Assembly: GCF_001194135.2 (NCBI RefSeq)
Contig: NC_068989.1
Coordinates: forward strand, 40,060,473 to 40,124,472
DNA: 64,000 bases
Source of the DNA: Octopus bimaculoides
Lineage: Eukaryota
Direction of reading: 5' to 3'
The position numbers were made by a program, and so were the translations under genes. Of the stretch, positions 25,753 to 38,929 are shown in pieces. Each line of letters starts with the position of its first letter. The first letter of the stretch is position 1. The notes under the pieces were generated by a model. That model saw only the letters and a program-made list of their open reading frames with translations. It was not told the DNA's origin and made no database searches.

Positions 25753-28600
25753 TAACACTGGTAAAAACAACAGCAAAAAAAAAATTTTGAAATGGTGTTG
25801 AGACACCAAACCAAACATCAATTTTATGTAATTTGAGGGCACTGAATCTGAAAATGACCTTACTTTTTCTTGGTTAGCTACCGTTTTTGCTGTACAGAAA
25901 TTCCTCATTTTTTGGTGGGGAAAAAGTTTTTTTTTTCATTTGTTTTCTATATATTTGATATTGATCGATGGCAATATTTCTCAAAGTAAGATCGTAGAAA
26001 CCTCTCAATTCGTATTTAAACCAACAAATATTAGTCTACTTATTGAGAAATTCTATTTCTGCAATAACAATCAGACCCTAAGTTTTTAAAAATAACACTA
26101 TTGAATATACCAAGACCAACAAGTATTTTCATCAAATCATTAAATAAACTAACAGCAGAAATAACCTTCATGAACATAAGAACTATGGCAAAAAATTTCT
26201 CTTTCTTGATTGCCTGTCATGTTCAATGTTATCTAAGTCTCTTTTGATACGCCAGCAGAATTCAGCCATCATTTGTTTGTCTCACCGTCCCTGGTAGCTC
26301 TCTTCCATTGTTTTGATATCCTGATGGAATCGTTCACCTTGCTCATCGCTCACATCCGGAAATTTATCTAGATGGCTCTGTAAAAAATGAACCTTAATAC
26401 TCATATTAGCGCCTATGTCCTGTAGACTTTTTAACAGCTTTTCCATTAATTCCTTGTAGTTTTCGGCCCGGCGATTGCCTAAAAAGTTTTTCACGACGTC
26501 AACAAACGATGTCCAAGCGCATAATTCTAAGTCACTCATTAAATTAACAAATTCATCATCCCTAATGAGTTTCCTGGTATCAGGACCATCAAACACTCCT
26601 GCTTTGAATGTTTCGGTGCTAAGTCCTGGAAATGATTTACATACATACTCAAAACATTTACTTTCTTTGTCGAGTGATTTTACATACTGTTTCAGTAATC
26701 TCAATTTGATATGCAAGGGAGGGAAGATGATTTTTTCTTTCGGAACTAGCGCTGCACTAATAACGTTCTTATCACTGACCTTCAACTCTCGGGGTGGCCA
26801 ATCTTTCCTTTTCCAGTGCTCCTTCTTTGCTCTACCGTCCCCCATACAAAAAACATGGGAAGTTCGTGTAGCCACTTTGTTGACCAAGCAAGAAATTTCC
26901 CATTTTCAAATCGACACATAACACCCATTTATGTTTGGCGAAGTCAATCTGTTCCATAACCTGTTAGTGGTATCGTGTTTTTCTTTCAGTGTTGTTGAAT
27001 GACCTATAGGTATTGGCGCATACATGATGGTATTATGAAGCAAAACACATTTGAAACTACGGCTTGAACTATCAATGAACAATCTCTATTCATCAAGATC
27101 GTATTTGTGGACGCCTAGTCGAAGAAGAACACTCTCAACGTCATTGAAATGAACAAGCAAGTGTTCTCATTAAAGAATGGTACAAATTCGGCATCCCTAC
27201 ATCGATAGAATATTACCTTTGTGCCTTTTGCTAACAGGTGTTGTTCGTTGGGCCAAGAAGCCAAACGTTCTGCTGATTCTTTGCTTAGATTTAAGTCTCG
27301 AACCGAATCATTCAGCTCATTTTGGTTAAACGGCTCTGACATGGTTTCGGAAACATAGTCAGGATTGTTTTAACTGTGTCTCTCATTTACATCAGCATCA
27401 AACTCATCATTTTCAACAAGTTTCAACAAGTTTTTGTGAAAAACTGTGATTGGCAAATCATCTGAATGTGGCACTGGTCGAATAGCGGAATGAAGACTAA
27501 GATAGACGACAGATCTGCGTTTCTTTTAGTTCAGTCCGGCAACACTGATTGAGCAGAAATAACATCCGTCAGAGTGGTTCTTATGCTCACGCCAGATCAT
27601 AGGAATGGCGAATCTCAGCGGTTTTCGGATACCCGAAGTCTACTGTCTCATGTGTTGCAAATATATCTTGCAAACAATGTGAGGGGCCCATGATTCATCC
27701 TGATTACCAAGCTTGATCACTAAGCCATCGTGCTTACTCGTGAAAGTAAGCACGATAGGCTTTTTTGTAAAAGTCAGATATCGGTTTCCTGTTGGCTTTC
27801 GGTGTGAACTCGCCGCATGTATAGCAAAATAAGTTGGGATCATTTTTGCATCCTCTCGTTGAAGCCATGTCATTTGATATCTATCTCTATGATTAAAAAA
27901 GAACATGAGTTGGTTGAGCATTTACACTACTCTTTGCGTGTTTATATTTAGGTAAATTGATCTTTCCTAATGTCCTACGGAAAGACTAGTAAAACTGTCA
28001 ATAGCAAAAGACGGAAAGAGTTGTTACGCTGATTCTACTTCGTATCTTCGTAATCCCGCGTGGGGAGTAGATGTTATGGTGAAACCATTTTCATAATGTT
28101 CATCATGTACAATGGAATAGGTGCATTCAACTGGGATGTCTTTAGTTAGAGTTTTTTTTCCAAATGTGAAACAAAAAGCTCTTAATGTGTTCGGTTGCCT
28201 TCCGTATTGAAGGGATAAAAGCGACGAGATAAATTTATGAATAACAAACAGAAGGTTTTAGGGTTTCCTTTTTTTAATGTCACCTTCATTATCAGGTTTA
28301 CTAAAGTATATTATTGGTAAAGTTTATCAGTTAATTTAAATTTTGGCAATAAATTGGAAAATTCGGTACTTCTATTTTAAAAGACTTGGCTCAAAACACT
28401 TTTTTTCTTATAATAATAGTTTATTTCAAGTGGCTGACATAAATTGCTCGGCCTACATGAAAATTCAAGATCGTAAATTGATCTTTTTTCCCAAAATGAG
28501 CAATTTCAGTACAGCAAAAACGGTAGCTAACCATGAAAAACTAAGATCATTTTCGGAATCAGCACCATCAAATTAGCTAAAAAAAAACGTGTTCATGTGT
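25753..28600 (-). mobile_element. Near full-length Chapaev3-like (CMC superfamily) DNA transposon
   Basis: Left end CACTGG; ~83-bp subterminal inverted repeats at 25833-25915 and 28490-28572; internal transposase pseudogene. The family name is recalled from motif pattern, not from a search. Confidence 0.75.
26183..27868 (-). pseudogene. Transposase pseudogene of the Chapaev3-like element
   Basis: MASTRGCKNDPNLFCYTCGEF..; KLGNQDESWAPHIVCK; PMIWREHKNHSDGCYFC; KIIFPPLHIKL; VFDGPDTRKL; SDEQGERFHQDIKTMEESYQGR*DKQMMAEFCW; several frameshifts and stops. Confidence 0.9.
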
Positions 28601-29439
28601 GTATGCGTAAGTATAAATATTTGCATTAATGTACGACATATTTTGATATATTCACATACGCAAAGCGAAGTCTATCTACTTCTGACATTTAGCAAACAAA
28701 TTGAGCTGATTATTTATTTTTAAAATTAATTTAAGCACTTCATATAGACTACCTTTGACATAAACAATAATCTCTTTTCAACAATAGCAAACACTTATTG
28801 AAATGTCCATTCTAACTTCTCTCTTCCTCTCTCAAAACACATCTGTCTCTTCATTTGCTTTATATCTTCTCATTCTTCGTGTGCGCTAAACTGATGCTCT
28901 GCCCATCTCTATAAATTCTATAACACTCTTTCTTACCTGTATACTCATTTACCTCAGTACGCTCTCTGATTACACTGTGTTACAGGATGTTTGTCCTTGG
29001 TTAGCAACTGTTATTTCCTATTTGCTTATCCCGAAAAAATATGAAAATGGCTAATATTTCACTAACAATTTGCACATATAGAATCAAATCTTTAGAGTCA
29101 CTTTGACAATCTACGATGAAATTCAGAAAATTAGATTTCGAAACAAGGTTCTATTTCATGATAATGCTGTTTCTGTTTTTTTTTTTTTTTTACCAGCTGA
29201 TTCTTCATTGAATATGCCACTTACAGCATTCTAACCCTTATCTATAACACTTTATCTATAGACAATGCTTTCTTCCGTTTTAAGAAGCTAAGATATGATA
29301 TAAAAAGATTTCGCTGTTTTGTGCAGTTTGTTTGGTTAGAAATGCAACAGCTATTTTTCTTGTTTCGATTTGTTCAACGATATAATAGGAGATTCCAATC
29401 TTTTTTTTTATGAACGTCAGTGTCCAATGCATATGAAAT

Positions 29440-30000
29440 TTATATTCCCATCCCCATGGCTATGATAATGTGGCGAAAATATTGCAAGGCTCGCCGCCTA
29501 GCCATCGTCACTACATTTCGGACTGATTCCATCACTTCTAGGACAGAATCGTTCTTTCTACGGGTCACACAATTGTTCTGTAACTATTGCCCGTAGAGTG
29601 TCATCTTGAAAGTCCTCTGTCGCTTGTGCCAGCCAACCATATGGTTCATGCTTTACATCTATAAAATGCTACTGGCCAAACTAGGATTTTGGAAGGTTAT
29701 TTCTTTTTCTGAGGGAGCAGTTTTTCCATATTGCTTTGAATAATCACAGGGTTGATTTTCCTGCATTAAGTCTTCCACTGATTTCCTGATCGCAATATGT
29801 TGTCTGATCAAACATGAAGACTAAGTTCTTGAATTTGAAAACCTGGCCTTATGTGTTCCTTGACTAAACACACTATGGCAGACTATTCTGGTTCCCAAGC
29901 AGACTCGCTGACTTTGTGTCTTTTTGTTCATTAGTTTCTTGACTTAGTTTGACAGCAATCTCTAGGGCTCAGTTGGTGAGGAAGCTATTAGAAGGTTGTC
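29440..30000 (-). mobile_element. RTE-like LINE RT/3' relic
   Basis: Minus translation gives FKNLVFMFDQTTYCDQEISGRLNAGKS and VTRRKNDSVLEVM..MARRRALQYFRHI, resembling the RTE pattern RRRRL.WFGHI. Confidence 0.55.
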
Positions 30001-31039
30001 ATCAGGAAGGCTATTTATTCTCCTTTGCATTATCAAACAGCATCACGAAATACTACACGGATATGACAGCCCATGACTTGAAGGGATGATACACATTACA
30101 CACGCCGCTCTTCAGATGTAGGAACAGGGGAAAACTCATCCCTCTTTCGCCTTTTATCTGGAGACTTGATAAAGCCCCATCCTTACTCTATGAAAAACGG
30201 CACGTACTCCAGCAGTCCGCAGTATCCATCAACAGGAGAACCAACCTATTTTAATGTTGCAGCCAGAGGTACACTCTGTTAATAAACTTTAAGCCTCTGA
30301 TAACTTGTATATACCAGCTTTGGCTTAAATATATACATTACCCTGGTTTCTCAAAGTATATATTCAAAACAGTAGAGTTTAACAGTTTTAAACTTATTCC
30401 AGTACGACCAGTCATGCTGAGCAGAAAAACCTATTTATGATGTCAATAGTTTTCTTTTGATTTATTTTTCGGTTTTGAAATATAAATCAATATAAATTTA
30501 GATAAACATGTAATGATATATTTTCACATATTAATATATGACGAGAGTATAATTTGTTATATTGTTTTGGTTCATTAAGTTGAATTGTTACTGTATTTAT
30601 TTATAGATTCTAAAGGTCTTAGTAATCTCATTTTCGTAGTTTAGTTGTCCGTCGTTTTATGCGAGTCACCTTGGAAGTTGAAACCGTGAAACCGCGGGAG
30701 ATGCGTTTAAAATAAATCAATAACAAAAAACACAAACAAGTTTTTAATTTGAAATATTAATGAATACGATAATTATATGTGTATGTGTTTGCTTTGTCCA
30801 CGTTTGTTTTTACAAAAGAACTTTTGTTGTTTACTTTGTGTCACTAAATCCTGTGTCTTAACGATTCGAAAACAGTTACTTGATGCATTTCATTACAATA
30901 ATAAAGTGATTCAATCCTCAGATACACCGAATTCACAAACTGATTTTTTTCTTTTTCCTTCCCACCACCTTTGTTATAAAAATATTCCTTGGCCATTTTC
31001 TTTCAGGATAGGCTTGTTTTGTCAGTATTAAATATGTTT

Positions 31040-31375
31040 GCTTCCCAACCACAAGGTTCCGGTTCAGTTACACTGCGTGGTTCCTTGGGCAGGTGTATCT
31101 TCTGCTATAGCCTCGAGTCGACCAAACCCTCGTGAGTAGATTTGGTAGATGGAAACTAAAATAATAGCATCCTATGGGAGTGTGTTTGTGCCTTTGTGTC
31201 CGTGTTTGTCCCCACCACAGCTTAGACAACCGGTGTTGGCGTGTTTGCGTCCCCGTAGCTTAGTGGTTCGTCAAAAGAGACGGATAGAGTAAGTACTAAT
31301 TTTAAAAACTACTAAAGTTTCTGAAGGGGGTGCCCTAGCATGGCCACAGTCAACTAACTGAAACAAGTAAGAGAA
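31040..31375 (+). mobile_element. SINE family B (CORE-like), near complete
   Basis: Head ggttcagttacactgcgtggttccttgggcagg through tail gcatggccacagtcaactaactgaaacaagtaag. Confidence 0.85.
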
Positions 31376-31822
31376 AAAAAAAAGAAAACTTTGGAACTTC
31401 CTATTATTTTTGCCAATTATGGCGCAAATTCTTTTACCATTTAATCCACTTAAGTTATGCAATTTGATATTCTGGAAAAAACACTGTGAAATTTCAAACC
31501 ATCTTTTACTGCGCAGCTTTTTATCGTAAAGCAAAATTATCTATATCAAATCCTTTTGCGGATTTGTCTTCGATGCAATAATTGTATGCATCAGAATGAG
31601 CATAATCACAGTCTTTTAAAGGGCCTATGATTATCCTGGGTCCGATTTTTACTTCGTTTCATTTAAATGTTTAAACATTTGCTCTGTTTATAGAAAACTC
31701 TTGTTGAGAAGCCATGAGAGCCACTGTGTAGGACTACATTAGGGCATTTACAATTATTATTATTATTGTTATGATTATTATGAATGTTGTTATCACTGTT
31801 GTTATTATTATTATTATTATTA

Positions 31823-31950
31823 AGGGGATGCGCTGGAAAAGCCGTTGGCACGCCGGATAAAAAACTTAGCGGCATTTCCTTCGTGTTTACGTCCTGAGTT
31901 CAAATTCCACCAAGGTCGACTTTACCATTCTTCGCTTCGGCGCTGGTGTA
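31823..31950 (+). mobile_element. SINE family A, 3'-truncated
   Basis: gcgctggaaaagccgttggcacgccgg..gagttcaaattccaccaaggtcgacttt. Confidence 0.7.
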
Positions 31951-32000
31951 ATAAACTGCTAGGCTAGTCAAATTTTGAAATGATAATAATTATTACTATT

Positions 32001-32543
32001 GAGAGTCAGAGCAGTGCATACCATCAGTGACACGGGTAAAACATATGAAGCCCAGCATACCCATCATGATTACCTGTCTGATAAAAGTACACGAAGTACA
32101 TGCATCACAACCATATGTGCGCGACATGGTGATTTCTTATCAAGATAAAGAGGGCATGACCTTGCAGGTGGGGCCCAGTTAAAATTTTCTTCACGTCGAG
32201 TAGCCCATCCCAATCAAAAGGTCCCTGAATTAGGGTTGTTTAAGAATGTTTAACGAAACACTCATATTTCCAAAGGGGAATTATCTAAACTCCAACGAAT
32301 TCCTTTCAACACATGACTATGATGCTCCCCTACTACTTCTGCTCGTGATAAGAAATACACATATCGTCAGCCATTAAGGCACATGCTCAACTGTTTAAGG
32401 TCAAACAACTGACAAGCAAATCTGTAGTATTGAACAGAATATTTACTGTACCCCATCTTTTATACCAAGGCAAAATAAGGTACATTATAACATTTCCAAT
32501 CAGTTAAGATCAGAAACTATGAAAGCCACTGCATCAGAGCATT
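32001..32543 (-). mobile_element. ~550-bp non-coding interspersed element, copy A (flanked by TTA-type tracts)
   Basis: Colinear and highly similar to 32631-33185; no ORF, TIR or Pol III boxes seen. Strand is inferred from the chimeric junction at 35699. Confidence 0.8.
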
Positions 32544-32574
32544 GTTGTTGTTATTATTATTATTATTATTATTA

Positions 32575-32626
<52 letters not shown>

Positions 32627-32630
32627 GATT

Positions 32631-33182
32631 GAGTGAGAGAGCAGTGCATGCCATCAAAGTGAGACTGGGGTAAAATATACAAAGCCCAATATACCCATCG
32701 TGACTACTCGTCTGATAAGGGCACATTAGGCACATGCATCACAACTATATGTGCGCGACATGGTGATCTCATATCAAGATAAACAGCGCATGACCTCGCA
32801 GGTGGGGCCCAGTTAGAATTTTTTTCAGGTCGAGTAGCCCATCCCGCTCAAAAGGTCCCTGAATAAGGTTTGTTTAGGGATATTGAACGAAACACCCATG
32901 TTTCCAAAGGTGAATTATCCAAACCCCAAAGAATTCCTCTCAGAAAATGGCTATGATACTCCCCCACTACTTCTCCTCGTGATCAGAGATGCACATATCG
33001 TCAGCCACCAAGGGACATGCTCAACTGGTTAAGGTCAAACAACTGACAAGCAAATCTGGTATTAAGCAGAATATTTGCTGTAGCCCATCTTTTATACCAA
33101 GACAAAACAACGTACATGATAACACTTCCAATCAATTATGATCAGAAGCCATGAGAGCCACTGCCTGGTACTGCATCAGAGC

Positions 33183-33185
<3 letters not shown>
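32631..33185 (-). mobile_element. ~550-bp non-coding interspersed element, copy B
   Basis: Tandem to copy A and bounded on both sides by (TTA)n. Confidence 0.8.
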
Positions 33186-33233
<48 letters not shown>

Positions 33234-33379
33234 GTGATGAATACTCACACCTTATTTTGCTGGGTATGATGGAAAGTATCAGCTGTTCACAGTCAGCAAG
33301 TTAAAGTGACACTTGTTTACTGGTAGTTGAGTGTTGATACTTCCATGTATCATCATCATCATCATCATCATCATCATTC

Positions 33380-35690
33380 AGTAGTCTTATTTTTATCACG
33401 TGCCTTCACTGCACTACTAACAGCAGCTCTGTGTGTTTTGGGTATGTGCTGAGGTTTGTTGTGATGCTTGTATTGTTACTGTATTGAAAGTGTTTTACGT
33501 AGGATGTGGTGGTGCCTAGTAGTGCTATTGTCCGTATGTTATATATATCTGTAAGTCCTGGTGTTTTTGTTATGTATTTGTCTGAATATTTTTTTTACCA
33601 TACCTAATGAGACTATTATGACAGGAATTGTATCTGTTTTTAGACTCCACATTCGAGTTACCTCTATTTCCAGGTCTTTGTATTTTGAAAGTTTCTCCAT
33701 TTCTTTTAGAGAAACGTTGTCATCTGTTGGTATTGATACATCGATAGGAAAGCATTGTTTTTCTTCATGATCTTTAACAACTATATCCGGCCTATTGGCC
33801 TAAATTTCTCTATCTATGTGTATTGGCATATCCCATAGTATGGTTGCTTTCTCATTTTCCGTGACCTTTTCTGGCGTGTGCCTATACCATATTTTTTCTG
33901 TTGTTATTCCATAGTGTTGGCATAGCTTCCAGTACATATACGTCCCAACTCTATCGTTTGTGGATATATTCCTTCTTAGCCAGGACTGCGCAACCAGTGA
34001 CAATATGGTTTATTGTTTCTTCCCCATCTCCGCATATTCTGAAGTTACATGTTATGTTTTCTTTTCATTATAAGTTTTTGACAATTTCTGGTGGGGAAGC
34101 TTTGTTTTTTTTGCTGCAATTAAAAATCCTTCAGTCTCTGCTTTGTGTCCTGAGTTTCTCAGCCATTTTGGCGATTTTGCTTTGTCTATTTTCTTTGCGT
34201 TTAGTTTAACCCAGTATTTGCCACGAAGTGGCTTTTCTTGCCATCGTTTTATCATGATCCGTTGCTGCTTCACTTTTAGTTTGTATTACAGTTGTTTTAC
34301 AACCTTTTTTGTTTCTTCTTTTTCTTCATAATTGTTAGGAACTATGACTTCTTTTTTGTATTTGTCAGCTTCCTTAAAGACTGAAACCATTTTTGATTTG
34401 TTCGTATTTTTGTGACTATTTGTATTTGTTTTCCTTGCTTCTGAAGGAGGTATTTCTGTAGTCCTACGGTGGTTATTTTGTAATAGTTTTCTAGCTGTAT
34501 AAGTCCCTACAACCTTCTATGCGTTGTATATATAACCTTTTTACCTCAGATTTTGGATAGGGCATCCTAAATCCTGTCATTACTTTTCTTGTTTTCCTGT
34601 CTATTTTGATTAGTTCATTTACTGGCCAGTTAAGAATATTGTAACTATCTAGTGTGATGTTGCTACTTTTTACTAGTTTCCCTCTTTTCAAGGTTGCTTT
34701 GGCACATTTTTCTAAGCCAAATTTAATGTTTATTTCTTTGATAATTCCATGGACTGTCTGTAGTAAAGTTTTCAGCTGTTTATCATTTGTAGCGTAGTTT
34801 TAAGTCATCGATATATAAGAGATTGCTGATTGTTTTGCCGTAACAGTTGTATCTACACTCATTTCTGTTTAGCATGTCAGATAAAAGTGTCACTGACAAG
34901 CAGAAAAGGAGTAAAGAGAGCGTGTCTCCCCTCCCTGGAATATTCTTCTTCTAATGGGGGTGGCTTTTTACTTTTATAGTTCCTCTTTTATCTGGAGCTG
35001 TAGCACTGTCTGCCATTTATTCATGGAATGTTTTATATATTTTATGACTATTGGTGCTACCCTGTTCATGGCTAGTGTTTCTAGGATCCATGTGTGGGGA
35101 ATACTATTAAAAACTTTTCGGTAATTGATCCAGGCCATACTTAGACTCTTCTTCTTTCTACCGCTGTCTTCAGTTATAGATTCATTGATCATTAGCTGAT
35201 CTTTACTGTCGTATGAGCCCTTGCAGCATCCCTTTTGTTCTTCTGGAAACAGGTTGTTTTTTTCCACATGCTTGCTCGTTTTTTGCGATATTATTGCAGT
35301 AAAGGCTTTGTAAATTGTAGGGAGACAAGTTATTGGTCTATAATTTTGTGTGTTTGGGAATTAGGATTATTTTCTCTTCCGTGAGCCATTCAGGCTTTGT
35401 CTCTGGCTCTGCTAGTATGTCATGAAATTTCTCAGCCAGCTGTTTATGTGTTCCTGTCAGATATTTAAACCAGAAGTTGAGGATCTTATCGTGCCTGGCT
35501 GCGTTCCAGTTGTTAATTTTTGCAGTGCCTACGAGACCTCTTCAGTTGTTATAGGGGTCCAACGTTGTTCCGGTGCTGAGTTCGTTGTTTTGATAGACCT
35601 TTTCTGTGGTTGTTTCTTCGTCGACCATATCTCTTTCTTCCACTTCTTCTGCTGTTGGTGCTGCATTGATGTCTATTCTATTTTATTATC
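33380..35690 (-). mobile_element. R4/Dong-like non-LTR retrotransposon (RT, CCHC finger and RLE), 5'-truncated and internally deleted
   Basis: NLFPEEQKGCCKGS..KDQLMI..AWINYRKVFNSIPH; KFGLEKCAK; WQEKPLRGKY; CNFRICGDGEETINHIVTGC; ILWDMPIHIDREI*ANRPDIVV..IDVSIP..KYKDLEIEV; IALLGTTHILRK; 3' end runs into (GAT)n. Confidence 0.92.
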
Positions 35691-35732
35691 ATTATTATCA
35701 AGTGAGAGACCAGCGCATGTAATCAAAGTGAC

Positions 35733-36060
35733 AGCTTCTAACGCTGGGGATGTACTATGGTGCCAGCTGTACACTACCAGTGAACTAAGGTAACACCCTT
35801 TATTTTTCGAGCACCATCCGGAGTATTCGAGCGGTTCCAAGCAGTGTTGTTTTCTGCAAGTGCTCCACCCTTATTGCAGTCCCACTTTCTTCCATGTACT
35901 TCTCAAGTTTTCTGGAGGCAGAATAGTGACAGAGTTATTTTGCAAGCCCACGTCATCCCACATTTATCTCCACCGCCGCTCCGATCATCCACATCATCTT
36001 ATTCGGTCAAATCCGAAGTCCCAATTTTTGAGGATAAAACGGATTTGTACTGACATAAAG
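35733..36060 (-). mobile_element. R4/Dong-like LINE, second subfamily, 3'-end fragment
   Basis: HLQKTTLLGTARILRMVLE-type terminus; close match to 37251-37410. Confidence 0.85.
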
Positions 36061-36099
36061 TGATTACTGGAAACATGCAAATGCTTTTGTATGTCATTA

Positions 36100-37190
36100 T
36101 GTCAAACGAGGTTACAGTGAATCACGTTTAAAGGAAATAGCAAGTGAAATTGCTAAGATTAGCAAAGATAGTCAAACCTACACGCATAATTTTAGCAAAC
36201 AAAATACAACAGATGACAGAATTCCTTTCGTGATTAGCTGGCACCGAGGTTTCGCTGGCATTTCAAAAGTGTTACATGAAAGTTACCAACATGTGGCGAA
36301 AACATAACCTAGTTTCAAACAGATATTTCCTCAGCCGCCCATTGTAGCCTTTCGACGGAATAAGAACATAAGAGAATTATTGACCTCTATATCTGACTCC
36401 AAGAAAGCGAACATTGGAGTATCTGCACGCTGTACCTTAAAGCACAGCCGCAAGAGAGGTAAGCCCTGTTCATTATGCAGCAACATGAGTGAAGTGAGTT
36501 CCATCAGAAATCATAACAGAAATGTTATGATTTATACAGAAGGTGGAACATGTAAAGATTCCAATTTAGTGTACGCTGCAGAATGCATGAAACACAACTT
36601 AATTTATGTTGGTTGTACAACGGAACGATTAAACAAAAGGTTCGACGTCAGGCACAAGAACAGTAGTTCAACAGAACTTGCTGAACATTTCGTTTCAAGC
36701 GGCTGCAATTTTGAAGCAGACTTGAAAGTGCATATTCTCAAAAAATATTCTGAATCTACCCCACATTCACTTCTCAGAATGTATGAGAAATATGTTTGCG
36801 GGTGGGTTATTAACATCACGCCCTGGAGGAATGAATAAGATGACATGAGAATATCATCAAATTTATACAAAACTTTGATTGAATAGTCTTCTTTTTCTCT
36901 TTTTCTTTCCTTTTTTCTGTCGTCTTCATTTTTCTATTTTTTTCTTTCTTTCCGCCTGTTATAAAACTTAAAAACTGGTGATGTCATTCCATCAACGTAT
37001 GGACGTTGGTTGCTCTCTTTTATAGTTTACGTTTAAATTTCTGTAATTTTGAATTTTTAATCACCTCTTATTTTGAACTTGACAAAGACAGACGTACTGT
37101 TGAAATATTGTTCAAATAAAATATCTATACAATCGAATCGCACTCTTCGTCTTTGACTATTTGCCTTCGTGAAGAGTTACGTCAATCCTT
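36100..37190 (+). mobile_element. Penelope-like element 3' part: GIY-YIG region plus pseudo-LTR
   Basis: RIPFVISWH..IFPQPPIVAFRRNKNIRELL..CSLC..TCKDSNLVYAAEC..LIYVGCTTERLNKRF..ELAEHF; a decayed hammerhead lies downstream. Confidence 0.88.
37072..37116 (+). ncRNA. Decayed type I hammerhead ribozyme relic in Penelope pseudo-LTR
   Basis: Stem I tttgaac/gttcaaa, core TTGACAA (2 mismatches to CTGANGA), stem II gacag/ctgtt, GAAA; probably inactive. Confidence 0.55.
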
Positions 37191-37209
37191 TTAGAAATAT
37201 AATATATTA

Positions 37210-37239
<30 letters not shown>

Positions 37240-37240
<1 letters not shown>

Positions 37241-38780
37241 CTTTGCACAGTTTCTAACGCTGGAGATGTACTATAGTGCCAGCTGTTCACTACCAGTGAA
37301 CTAAGGTAACACCCCTTATTTTTCGAGCACCATCCGGAGTACTCGAGCGGTTCCAAGCAGTGTTGTTTTCTGCAAGTGCTCCACCCTTATTGCAGCCCCT
37401 ATTTCTTCCATGTACTTATCAAGATTTTTACCCACTGTTCCCAGGGCTCCGACAATTATTTGTACAACTACCAACTTTTTCATCGACCACAACTGCTTAA
37501 CCTCCCAAACTAACCTGTCATATCTTCTGACTTTTCTTTCTTCATTATCGCATACCTTGTTGTCAGGTAGGCATGCTATATCTATGATCTAGCATAGTTT
37601 GCTTTCTTTCTTAATTAACACTATATCTGGCTTCCTACTCTCTATCTCATGGTCGCACTGAATCATAAAATCCCATAAGATATTTGCATTATCATTTTCG
37701 ATGATGCCTTCGGGTTTATGTTCGTACCACGTTTTTGCTCTTTCAAGTCCACACTTGTTGCAAAGTGTCCAATGGACAAGCCTTACTATATTGTCATGAC
37801 GTCTCATATTCTTTCTGGGCTAGTGGCGTAAATTGAATGGTAATATGCCATACGGTTTCATCATTTTGTCTACAAATTCTGCCGTTAATACTTTCTGATG
37901 TGTTGTCCATTCTGTATTTGATGTAATTCGTTCTTCGTTCTTGCTCTTGGGAAGCACAGGTAAGAGTCTCCGTTTCCAGCTTTAAATCACTTTTAGTCAT
38001 CCATAGCCAACTTTTCTCTGTGTGTGCCTTATTTTCAACATCTCTATGAAATTGTCCATGCATTCTTTTCTTTATCCATATATTTTCAGTTTCATTTATT
38101 CTCAAGTGCTTGCACAGTACTTTATCTTTGCAATCTTCCATCCTACCCAAGCCTGACCTTCTTACTTCCAATAATAGTAATTCTGTGGCATTTTTTACAT
38201 ACCATGCTATGTTGTCTTCTTCTGCTCTAACCTGTGTTCGCATTCAATCAGTCTTCTTCCCCCCTCTTATTCTTGGTACATACAGTCTGTCTGTGTCAAT
38301 TTTTGGGTGGAGTATCCCACATCTAATTAGCAACTTCCTTGTCCGTTTAATTTCGACTTAAGGATCAGTCTCAGTCTGCACGAGTACTCCACCTTAAATT
38401 GTTTCTATCATTTCCTTCTCTATCAATTTATTCGTTTCCAAAATCTCCAAGTACTTATAGCCCGTCTCTTCTATGTACTTCATAACCTTTCCCGACGGTA
38501 TCGCTATCCCGTCGATACATTTAATTTTGCTTATCTTCAAGACTAACACACCACACTTTTTCAGTCGGAACTCCATTTCGATATCGGCACTGGAAGTAGA
38601 CACCGTATCAACGAGGGAACTGACATGGGATTCATCTTTACCATAGAGTTTGACGTCACCCATGAATAACAAGTGGTTGACATTTTGCTGGCGGCTTTTG
38701 AATACATACCCAACTTTTGCTTTCCTCAGGACCAGTGTTAGTAGTATCATGCACATTACAAAGATCAGTGGGGACAGGCA
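37240..38780 (-). mobile_element. R4/Dong-like LINE, second subfamily, 5'-truncated (RT C-half to 3' end)
   Basis: QGDCLSPLIF, HLLFMGDVKLY, KRMHGQF, RRHDNIVRLVHW..C, ILWDFMIQCDHEIESRKPDIV; 3' end abuts (TAA)n. Confidence 0.92.
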
Positions 38781-38798
38781 GTCCCCTTGGATGATGCA

Positions 38799-38868
<70 letters not shown>
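38781..38868. repeat. (CTA)n microsatellite
   Basis: Direct reading. Confidence 0.95.
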
Positions 38869-38929
38869 GTTGTCATTATTAAGACTATTTCACGCTATAT
38901 TGATTAAGAGGGATGCTGTCGTGTAATTT

